64,000 nucleotides of DNA, taken from positions 4,332-68,331 of the forward strand of contig CAMMJA010000002.1 in assembly GCA_946497145.1 (NCBI GenBank), given 5' to 3'. Made by a program: the position numbers and the translations under genes. This DNA comes from an uncultured Mycoplasmatota bacterium (lineage in GTDB: Bacteria > Bacillota_I > Bacilli_A > RF39 > UBA660). The notes below the pieces were generated by a model. That model saw only the letters and a list, made by a program, of their open reading frames with translations, ran no database searches and was not told where the DNA came from. How positions within the stretch are numbered: the stretch's first letter is position 1; the number at the start of each line of letters is the position of its first letter. Positions 52,127 to 59,332 of this stretch are shown here, in pieces.

Positions 52127-52504
52127 TTACACCTCAATAAAATTCATGGTAACATCTGTTCTTAACACAATCTTATAAGTAACAGGATCCATCTTCTTAG
52201 ATTTACCATCTAAAGGACCACCATAAACTTCTTTTATTACTCGATTACCATAATTGTCTGTAAACTTTAATTGAAACGAATTTTGATCATACAACATTTG
52301 TAACAATGCCATTTCTTCATCGTTTAGCGCATTCCAACCGCATACAACCTTTGCACGGTTTCTTCTTACTATGTCTCGGTGTAGGTATCCTAATGAATCA
52401 ATAAAACTATTCTCTAAATGCGTGTAAGTTGGAGAATAATTTTCAGGAGAAGGAGTTGGTAAATTAAACCATCCTCCTCCAATATTTGCTTCTAATAATG
52501 CCCT
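52127..52504 (-). CDS. small tail protein (distal-tail-protein position); no canonical start
   Basis: Frame is open from 52516. Protein-like sequence runs 64 codons upstream of the first ATG (52312). AAGGAGG-N7-AGG at 52504. Confidence 0.65.
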   Translation of the reverse strand, partial: RALLEANIGGGWFNLPTPSPENYSPTYTHLENSFIDSLGYLHRDIVRRNRAKVVCGWNALNDEEMALLQMLYDQNSFQLKFTDNYGNRVIKEVYGGPLDGKSKKMDPVTYKIVLRTDVTMNFIEV

Positions 52505-52505
52505 A

Positions 52506-54467
52506 TTATACCCTCCTTATAACTGTTGATTTTCCAAGTCGATGACCTTCTTCTTCAAAATCTGGATACGTTGCTCTAGCAAATTCACGACCATTTATTT
52601 CTAAAATAATATCACCAGTATCACGACTTTCCGTTTGAATATATGGCAAAATATCCATCATAGCGTCAGTAAAAGTTTGACGCATAATATTTTGAGGAGA
52701 AACAATTTCAGGGTTACTAGAGGCACCCGGGTACTCTCCAAATTGTCCGAATGTAGGTTTATAAGCAACCGTTCCCGAAGCAAAACGTGCTCCACCACCA
52801 CCGCCACCAAATGAGCCACCAACAAATGTTTGTAATTTTCTCGTAAAAAGTCCAAGCCAATTATCAATCCTTTTTGTGCTTATTTCTGATGGAGTTATAT
52901 CCATCTCAGCTTCGATCTGTGTTCTAAATTTTTTCCCGCTTACACTTTCAATTCTGCTTACCATATCATCAATTTTATCCTTTTGTTCCTGAGTATAACG
53001 AGTTCCATCTTTCAAGTCATCTAAATAGTGATTGTATTCTTCTGCAGCTCTATCAGAAAGCCAATTTATTCTTTCTTGATTATCACCGGCTTCTTCCATT
53101 TGCGATAATATACTATCAAATGTTTTTTCTCTTATCGACATTCTTTCCTCATCCTGTTTGTTAATTTGATCCAATAATTCCTTATATTCTTTTATTTGTG
53201 ATACTAATTTGGCAATGCCGAGTGCCTCAATAAGTAACAAAGCAGTTACTATTCCATACAATCCATAACTTCCGCCTGATACACCTAAAAGACTTGCAAT
53301 TGATCCTATTGCACTTCCTACTTTCCAACCAACAAACACGGTAGCTCCTAAACCAGCAATAGTTAATAATACCTCTTTATTTTCTACACACCAATTCCAT
53401 AAATCTTTCAATTTAAGGGCTACATCTTCTATCCATTGTTTCACATTTGGATCTAATTCAATGTTTGCAAGATCAGAAAACGGATTATCTACTTTTTCAT
53501 CAGCGAAACCTCCTAAATTGTCCATTGATAAGTTAGTGATTTCATCTAATGACGTAAGTTGTTTATTTAATTCTTTTGTCGCTTGAGTCGTTCCTTTAAT
53601 ACTTTTAGTTGCCTTATTACTAGCTCTAGCAATATAGTCAATACCAGTAAATGCTTTGACAAAAACATTTACATAACCGATCAACTTCGAAATTAGGTTA
53701 GTAATAAATGTCAATACTGGCTCTAACATAGCACCGAAGCTTACCCAGTTGTTCGTTATTTTATTACTTAACTCTGTGTCATAACTTAAATAAGAACTTG
53801 CAGCTCTAGAAACAACTCTCCAAATGGACTGTATTCCAAACAAAGATAGTGCAAACCTTTTTACACTCGCTATGGATCTATCAAAACCATTTCTAATTCC
53901 TTCAGTCATATTTTGGAAAACGTTTTTTGTATCATTGGCAGACTTTTTAATATCTTTAATAGAAGACGATGCCTTTTTTATATATGTTTTATCTCCTACT
54001 TGGAATGGTTTCCCTTCGGGAATTTTTCCTATACTAGACCATGTATTGATGTATTCTTTGGTTTCATTTGCCACTTTTTTAGTTTCTTCTTTTGTTTTTG
54101 CTGTACTAGAATAAATTTTATTATATGCCTCTTGAACCTTTTGTAATGCAGTAGATAATTGGTCCATACGCTGACTTTCTTTTAAATACGTATCATCTGC
54201 GCCAGCATTATTGTAAATTTTAACTCCAGTATCGGTAGTCCATTGTCCACCTGTCGGCATTTTATACAAAACGTCTCTCTGTTCATCAATTTTTTTCTTT
54301 AAAAAAGAAAAGCTTTTTTGAAATCCAGAAGTATCTATTTTAGGTTTTATGACTGTAGAATCCTCTACCTCTTCTTTAACTCCCTTTACAATATTTTTTA
54401 CCTTATTAGCAGAGCTCTTCAATTTGGAGGTCAAATATTCTAATTCTATGCCATATTTCTCATTCCT
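52506..54467 (-). CDS. tape measure protein
   Basis: About 650 aa of coiled-coil, TM-like and G-rich segments, following the G/G-T chaperone genes. Start is either the TTG at 54434 (no SD) or GAGGG-N7-AGG at 54467. Confidence 0.85.
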   Translation of the reverse strand, partial: RNEKYGIELEYLTSKLKSSANKVKNIVKGVKEEVEDSTVIKPKIDTSGFQKSFSFLKKKIDEQRDVLYKMPTGGQWTTDTGVKIYNNAGADDTYLKESQRMDQLSTALQKVQEAYNKIYSSTAKTKEETKKVANETKEYINTWSSIGKIPEGKPFQVGDKTYIKKASSSIKDIKKSANDTKNVFQNMTEGIRNGFDRSIASVKRFALSLFGIQSIWRVVSRAASSYLSYDTELSNKITNNWVSFGAMLEPVLTFITNLISKLIGYVNVFVKAFTGIDYIARASNKATKSIKGTTQATKELNKQLTSLDEITNLSMDNLGGFADEKVDNPFSDLANIELDPNVKQWIEDVALKLKDLWNWCVENKEVLLTIAGLGATVFVGWKVGSAIGSIASLLGVSGGSYGLYGIVTALLLIEALGIAKLVSQIKEYKELLDQINKQDEERMSIREKTFDSILSQMEEAGDNQERINWLSDRAAEEYNHYLDDLKDGTRYTQEQKDKIDDMVSRIESVSGKKFRTQIEAEMDITPSEISTKRIDNWLGLFTRKLQTFVGGSFGGGGGGARFASGTVAYKPTFGQFGEYPGASSNPEIVSPQNIMRQTFTDAMMDILPYIQTESRDTGDIILEINGREFARATYPDFEEEGHRLGKSTVIRRV

Positions 54468-54834
54468 ATATTATCCCTCTCTTCTTTGCCTTTTCTATTA
54501 AAAAATCAGGCATTTTATATCTTTTTTTAGGCGGATACAGCTCAGGGCTTGCCTCTTCTGGAGTTTTAGGAAACTTATCACTAAATACTCTCCCTATTAA
54601 CACTGCATGCTTCCACAATTCGTAAGCCAATCCTTTGTTATAATTTTCTATGGTATTGATTAGTTCAAAAAGTGTCATATCATACATGTTTTCATACAAC
54701 AAACCTCTTTGCAACCCCAACTTATATAGTTGCTCTATAAAACTTCTAACGCCTCGTTCACTTTCGATAATATCTTCTCTTGAGCATGTTGTTTCATCTC
54801 TTTGGTCTGTTCTACATGCTCTTTTTTCAAAAAA
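54466..54834 (-). CDS. tail assembly chaperone T extension (-1 frameshift product G-T)
   Basis: The -1 frame is open from the slippery site through ORF 54466..54720. Confidence 0.7.
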   Translation of the reverse strand, partial: FFEKRACRTDQRDETTCSREDIIESERGVRSFIEQLYKLGLQRGLLYENMYDMTLFELINTIENYNKGLAYELWKHAVLIGRVFSDKFPKTPEEASPELYPPKKRYKMPDFLIEKAKKRGII

Positions 54835-55115
54835 CCCGAAATTACAAGCACCTCATAAATAATGTTGTTAATGATTTCATCTAGAGAATATTTTTCCAAT
54901 AAGTTATCCATTAAAGTAGTTGCTTCGTCTTTAGAAAATGTTTTGTTCGTTCCGCGAACACAATACATTAACAAAGTAGTAACAGATTTAATAGAATAAT
55001 CCTCAATAAAATCTAGTAACTTTGTATGATTTTTTTCCTCTAATTCAATAGCGTTACTTGTCGTTAATCTTAATTGATAACTTTTTTCAGCTATATCTAA
55101 TTCATAATATTTCAT
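54735..55115 (-). CDS. tail assembly chaperone G
   Basis: 126 aa between the major tail and tape measure genes. GAAGGAG-N7-ATG. Confidence 0.8.
   Translation of the reverse strand: MKYYELDIAEKSYQLRLTTSNAIELEEKNHTKLLDFIEDYSIKSVTTLLMYCVRGTNKTFSKDEATTLMDNLLEKYSLDEIINNIIYEVLVISGFLKKEHVEQTKEMKQHAQEKILSKVNEALEVL
54828..54834 (-). promoter_or_regulatory. -1 programmed frameshift slippery heptamer U_UUU_UUG
   Basis: Minus sense GGT_TTT_TTG_AAA_AAA in the 0-frame of gene G. The position near the 3' end of G is canonical for tail chaperone frameshifting. Confidence 0.65.
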
Positions 55116-55134
55116 ATTTCTTCTCCTTCATAAT

Positions 55135-55163
55135 AAAAAAGGGGCATAGTTGCCTATGACCCT
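55135..55163 (-). terminator. terminator after the major tail gene
   Basis: Minus sense GGG-U-CAUAG-GCAA-CUAUG-CCC(C) followed by U6. Overlaps the stop codon. Confidence 0.65.
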
Positions 55164-55615
55164 ATTGGTATTGTTTTTTCTGGTTCTCCAATTGGATTTA
55201 ACGTCATGCTAAATCCTAGCAAATCGCCAGTACTTCCACCTTTGATCATAGTAGTAACTTTACTTTTAAATGAAATTGTAATTCCGTTTGAGTAAGTTAA
55301 CTTCCAAAATACTGGTGTATCGTCATCTTCTAAATCACTGGCTAATTTAATGTTAGATTCAGCAGTCGGATCTTCCATGTTAAATTCAAAAGTATATTTT
55401 TGTACATCTTGTAAACCTGGAATGGAAGTTTTATATTTTTTGTTATCCATGGTTGTGGTTTCTATGTCCTCTGGTTCACTTCCGATGTCCGGAACCTGTG
55501 TGATTCCCTTTATTTGAGTATATTGTCCATCTGACGTTGAGCTATATTCTAGTTTAGTACCAGAAAATGAATGATAATTTAATTGTTCTTCCCTATTTGA
55601 TTCCTCCTTAAACAA
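55154..55615 (-). CDS. major tail protein (TP901-1/phi13-like)
   Basis: IKGITQVPDIGSEPEDIETTTMDNKKYKTSIPGL resembles this family. The TTG at 55615 lies upstream of the SD. The alternative start is AAGGAGG-N8-AGG at 55594. Confidence 0.85.
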   Translation of the reverse strand: MFKEESNREEQLNYHSFSGTKLEYSSTSDGQYTQIKGITQVPDIGSEPEDIETTTMDNKKYKTSIPGLQDVQKYTFEFNMEDPTAESNIKLASDLEDDDTPVFWKLTYSNGITISFKSKVTTMIKGGSTGDLLGFSMTLNPIGEPEKTIPIGS

Positions 55616-55979
55616 TAAAAGTATTATTTATTTGATTGTAAATTCCATAACCTGTAACACGAATCTTTCTAACACCATTATCTACAGAAACATCGTTATA
55701 ACTGGTTTTGAAATTTATTTCCTTTAATTTTTTTTGAATATCGTATCTTGCTTTATCAATAATAGATAAAGTATTCTCCTCTGATAATTCTTTTCTTTTT
55801 ACATATCCAATAATGCTAACTCGCATTGTGTAATTTTTATCAAGATCACTGTCTTGGTAATCTTCTTGTGTCGTAAAACTAAAGTAAGTTGTTTCTTCCT
55901 CAAGGATATCATCTGGCATTTCAGGGGTAACTTCGATATTCTCGATTTCTTCTAATTTTCCTTGAATAAATTCTCTCAT
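55608..55979 (-). CDS. tail completion/terminator-like protein
   Basis: Called from position and size (123 aa). AAGGAGG-N7-ATG. Confidence 0.65.
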   Translation of the reverse strand: MREFIQGKLEEIENIEVTPEMPDDILEEETTYFSFTTQEDYQDSDLDKNYTMRVSIIGYVKRKELSEENTLSIIDKARYDIQKKLKEINFKTSYNDVSVDNGVRKIRVTGYGIYNQINNTFIV

Positions 55980-56482
55980 TTTATTACCTCCTTTAACGCC
56001 TTACCTGTATTTTTTTTATAGTTGTTGATATTTTTATTTAGTGCTGGACGAAAATGTGGTTTAGCTGGTTGAGCGTAAGCGACATAGAACTCATTACCGT
56101 TTATTACTATTTTTCTCCCTATTGCACGATTTACAGATTTAACAGGCACAAACCAATACTGATACCCACTTTCGATAAACGTTTTAGTATGTCCAATATG
56201 TGGCTCTAAAGCATAAATACCTGTACCATTTTCTATCATGCGTCCAACAGCATATCCATCGCTAGTCAAATCAGTATATACCGAAGTTTTTATGCTATCA
56301 CTGTTCACTTCTGTGTCGCTTATTTTTATACTAGAGATATACTCACCACTTTTAGCAGGTGCATATTGTATAACATCCTCCCATATTTGTTTAGCTGTCT
56401 CTCGTTGAGATTCAACTAGTTGCTTTGGTAAGGTGTCAATTATTTTCGACACATCTATAACCATCTTTTCAAATGATTTCAT
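55976..56482 (-). CDS. HK97 gp10-family head-tail joining protein
   Basis: APAKSGEYISSIK...ENGTGIYA...KPHFRPAL is typical of HK97 gp10. Confidence 0.78.
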   Translation of the reverse strand: MKSFEKMVIDVSKIIDTLPKQLVESQRETAKQIWEDVIQYAPAKSGEYISSIKISDTEVNSDSIKTSVYTDLTSDGYAVGRMIENGTGIYALEPHIGHTKTFIESGYQYWFVPVKSVNRAIGRKIVINGNEFYVAYAQPAKPHFRPALNKNINNYKKNTGKALKEVIK

Positions 56483-56811
56483 ATTCGCTCGATATCCACT
56501 CTGCTATCTGTAACGGAAATGATTTTATAAATCACTCCATTAACAAATATAAAATACTTGCTAACATTATCTTTTTTGTTATTAACTTTGGTTAATAAAA
56601 ATTTTTCTAAATCTTTTAGTGGACTCGAAATGCGTTTTACATTAACCAAATTTGATCCATAAATACTCGCTGACACCTCATCGTTTAAATATTGCGACTG
56701 TACCTTATATTTTTGAATAAGAGTATATTCAGCAACAACTCTCGCGCCATTAGGATCTTTGGAATAATTGGCCTTTTTTAATTCTACGGTTTCTAAATAT
56801 CTAAGTAACCT
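56479..56811 (-). CDS. head closure/head-tail adaptor protein (SPP1 gp16-like); no canonical start
   Basis: Protein-like frame is open from 56817 and the only canonical start is a GTG at 56676. AGG at 56811 overlaps the upstream TAG. Confidence 0.6.
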   Translation of the reverse strand, partial: RLLRYLETVELKKANYSKDPNGARVVAEYTLIQKYKVQSQYLNDEVSASIYGSNLVNVKRISSPLKDLEKFLLTKVNNKKDNVSKYFIFVNGVIYKIISVTDSRVDIERI

Positions 56812-57124
56812 AAAAGATCACTCGCTTCCCATTTTTGATAATATTATTTCGCATTTTTTCTATGTTATCTTCAAAAGAAATACTATGACCACTTTCAGAA
56901 ATGGAACTGGAACCTTCAGCACCTCTTCGTAAATACTCAGCAATAACACATTGACTGATCTCTGGTTCTAAAGCAGATAAACTCTTTCTATTAGAAATAG
57001 ATAAAGCCACGCTAGATACGTTATCAATAATTTCTCGCAAAGTATCAACATCGTCTCGATAATTGTCGGCTAAATTACGAGTTACATTGTCTAAAATCTT
57101 TCTTTTGATTTCATCTTCTGTCAT
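56810..57124 (-). CDS. head-tail connector (gp6/gp15-like)
   Basis: 104 aa in the position after the capsid gene. DNVSSVALSIS...AEYLRRGAEG is connector-like. Confidence 0.72.
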   Translation of the reverse strand: MTEDEIKRKILDNVTRNLADNYRDDVDTLREIIDNVSSVALSISNRKSLSALEPEISQCVIAEYLRRGAEGSSSISESGHSISFEDNIEKMRNNIIKNGKRVIF

Positions 57125-57144
57125 ACAACACCTACTTTCTTACT

Positions 57145-57174
57145 AACAAAAGAAAGGATTACTATTAGTAATCC
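57145..57174 (-). terminator. terminator after the capsid unit
   Basis: Minus sense GGAUUACU-AAU-AGUAAUCC followed by UUUCUUUUGUU. Confidence 0.6.
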
Positions 57175-57315
57175 CTATTTCTTGTTAGTTTTTTTAGTCG
57201 AAACAACTTTCTCTACTATTTCTTGATAAGCATTGCTTTTGATCATTTGCTTTAAAGTGAATTGATTGGTTACAAATAAGATCGCACCAGTCTCAATACA
57301 TTTAAATTTTTTCAT
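57175..57315 (-). CDS. small phage ORF (46 aa), below the track cutoff
   Basis: AAGGAAG-N8-ATG then MKKFKCIETGAILFVTNQFTLKQMIKSNAYQEIVEKVVSTKKTNKK, translated by hand. Confidence 0.4.
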   Translation of the reverse strand: MKKFKCIETGAILFVTNQFTLKQMIKSNAYQEIVEKVVSTKKTNKK

Positions 57316-57339
57316 AGTTTGTTCTTCCTTTCGTCTTTA

Positions 57340-58329
57340 TTAAGCATCGGCTCTAGTATAGTATGTCTCAGTACTGTCAAACTCCGCGCTAGATGGAACT
57401 TGTGTATATACACCAAAATCATAAGTGTAATAAGTAGTTCCTGAAGCAAATTCTTCGATTTCCGCTTTGGTGTAAACATAATCACAGTCATACAAAATAA
57501 CTTCTGGAACTAATGCTTGACCGCCTGAGTATGCAAATAATTCAAGTGCAATAGCGTCGTCAAATGGAATTTTTTCAGCATCATATTCGCTTAAATAATT
57601 TGGCAATGCAATTGCTTCTTCTTTTAACATAACCATGGCTGGTACATCGCTAGGCATACGGTTTGATTCATATGTGATCACTGACTGATACATACCAATT
57701 GCTCCATTTGATGGTACAGTTCCGTTAGGTAGACTATCTAAATAATCTTTCAATTCAGTTTTGTAAGTAGTGTTAACTACTAATGCTAACAAATCTTCAT
57801 CTACGCCATCAATGAAATCGTTATTGGTCACTTTGGCTGTACTGATCAATCTGTCAACAATCTTTTTAACTGTATCTCCAGATCCTCTAGCAACTTGAAT
57901 ACCTGCATCACGTGCAATTCGAAAGAATTTTCTATCATAATAAGTTTTGATGACATCTTTGGCGTTTTTACTTCTCTTTTGTGCCATACCATCAATACCA
58001 TATAGTTTTAGATCCTTTTCTTGTAATTCTTCGATGATTTCTTTGTCATCATCAATATTTACAGTTACAGGTTTAGCTTTTACTTGGTTTCCTTTGCCTT
58101 GTGCTCTAGCCGTTCCCTTGTCTTGTAACTTAGCATTAGCAAATCTTTTATATTCTACACTACCAGTAGTAGGATCCCCGCTACCATTCTTCGCTTTCAA
58201 TGCCTCGCTAACACATCCTGATTGAATATTTTCAATCACTCCGTCTAATGTTTCTGCTAAATTATCCATAACATCTGGTGTTAGATAATCAGCAATGTTT
58301 AATGAACTTTGTCTTGCCCTATCAATCAT
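57340..58329 (-). CDS. major capsid protein
   Basis: 329 aa following the scaffold gene. The ATG at 58329 abuts the SD with zero spacing. In-frame AGG at 58320 sits 9 nt after the SD. Confidence 0.86.
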   Translation of the reverse strand: MIDRARQSSLNIADYLTPDVMDNLAETLDGVIENIQSGCVSEALKAKNGSGDPTTGSVEYKRFANAKLQDKGTARAQGKGNQVKAKPVTVNIDDDKEIIEELQEKDLKLYGIDGMAQKRSKNAKDVIKTYYDRKFFRIARDAGIQVARGSGDTVKKIVDRLISTAKVTNNDFIDGVDEDLLALVVNTTYKTELKDYLDSLPNGTVPSNGAIGMYQSVITYESNRMPSDVPAMVMLKEEAIALPNYLSEYDAEKIPFDDAIALELFAYSGGQALVPEVILYDCDYVYTKAEIEEFASGTTYYTYDFGVYTQVPSSAEFDSTETYYTRADA

Positions 58330-58348
58330 CTCCTTTTATTTTTGGCAA

Positions 58349-58864
58349 TTAAATACTTGTTCTTGATACTCGGTTTTTTGCACGAGTATTGTTCATTACA
58401 TTTTTAGGACTTGGTTCTTTTAATCGCTCGTTAACTCTTTTTTCTACTGCCTTATCAAAACTTGTTTTAATTGTTTTTAAAGAATTATTTAAGTCTTCGG
58501 CTGTAATAGATCTAAAGTTAATCAAGTCAACTAAAGAAACGTCCAATTCTGTTTCTTGTGCAATCTTAACTGCTTGCTCTTTCAATTCATAAGCATTCAA
58601 CTTAGCGATTGCTTCTTCTTTTTCTTTTCGATCTTTTTCGGCTTGATATTTTAGCTTTTCTTCCGCCTTCATATTAGCCATCTTTTCTGCTTCTGTTCTT
58701 TGCTCTTCTTGTTCTTTTAACAATTCTTCTCGAATCTTTTGCTTTTCAGAAGCCACTATCTTGTTCAATTCGTCACGAGTAAAAGTTTTTTCTTCTTTCT
58801 TCGTTTCTGTTTGAACATTTTCTGCTGTTGCGGTAGCAGTTACCATACTTTCGTTATTTTCCAT
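58349..58864 (-). CDS. scaffolding protein
   Basis: 171 aa, highly charged coiled coil (DUF4355-like). AAGGAGG-N6-ATG. Confidence 0.85.
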   Translation of the reverse strand: MENNESMVTATATAENVQTETKKEEKTFTRDELNKIVASEKQKIREELLKEQEEQRTEAEKMANMKAEEKLKYQAEKDRKEKEEAIAKLNAYELKEQAVKIAQETELDVSLVDLINFRSITAEDLNNSLKTIKTSFDKAVEKRVNERLKEPSPKNVMNNTRAKNRVSRTSI

Positions 58865-58928
58865 AACTTTCCTCCTTAACTTTTACGGTGTTATAACCAA
58901 ACATTCAATCCGTTACGGTGGATTAGAC

Positions 58929-59158
58929 CAAAATAAAAGAACGATTTCTCGCTCTGGTGCTATTTATAAGCACTGTACCAATAGCATACCGTTGACTGGT
59001 CGAATGGGGAGTTCCACTCGATTCCCATAGGATTCTATACTTAAAGCTCCACCTAACTTGCCTTTATATGTACACTTGGCGTTCTATCGTCATAGAACAG
59101 TTTAAGGTACCTATCCGGGCGTATATGCTATCAGTACACTACCTATAAAAGTAGTGTA
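58929..59158 (-). ncRNA. candidate structured RNA (~230 nt), class unknown
   Basis: ORF-free gap in a densely packed operon. My hand count gives about 40% GC. 5' hairpin at 59158-59135. A 15-bp helix pairs 59137-59123 with 58989-58975. Internal hairpins. The 3' GAAA-tetraloop stem (58955-58938) is followed by UUUAUUUU. Confidence 0.5.
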
Positions 59159-59170
59159 AACAAAAAGATA

Positions 59171-59332
59171 CTACTTATTTTTAGTATCTTTCTTTGCTTT
59201 TTCATCTATAAACTTTCTAAACTCCTCGATATTTTTTTTATCTTTTTCAGTGAAAGGAACTTTAATTTTCAGCGGTTTAACATCCTGATATTCTGTCCAT
59301 CGCGGATCTTGAAATAGTTCTTTTTCTTTCAT
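59171..59332 (-). CDS. small phage ORF (53 aa), below the track cutoff
   Basis: ATGA overlap with the minor head protein stop. MKEKELFQDPRWTEYQDVKPLKIKVPFTEKDKKNIEEFRKFIDEKAKKDTKNK, translated by hand. Confidence 0.5.
   Translation of the reverse strand: MKEKELFQDPRWTEYQDVKPLKIKVPFTEKDKKNIEEFRKFIDEKAKKDTKNK

Noticed and set aside
58865-59190. The structured intergenic region as a group I/II intron, a tRNA or tmRNA, a hammerhead, or a known riboswitch.
   Set aside because: Both flanking ORFs are complete, with their own stop and SD-ATG. I could find no cloverleaf or T-loop. CUGAUAG is not the hammerhead CUGAUGA core. No recognisable riboswitch core motif is present. An Rfam scan is still needed.
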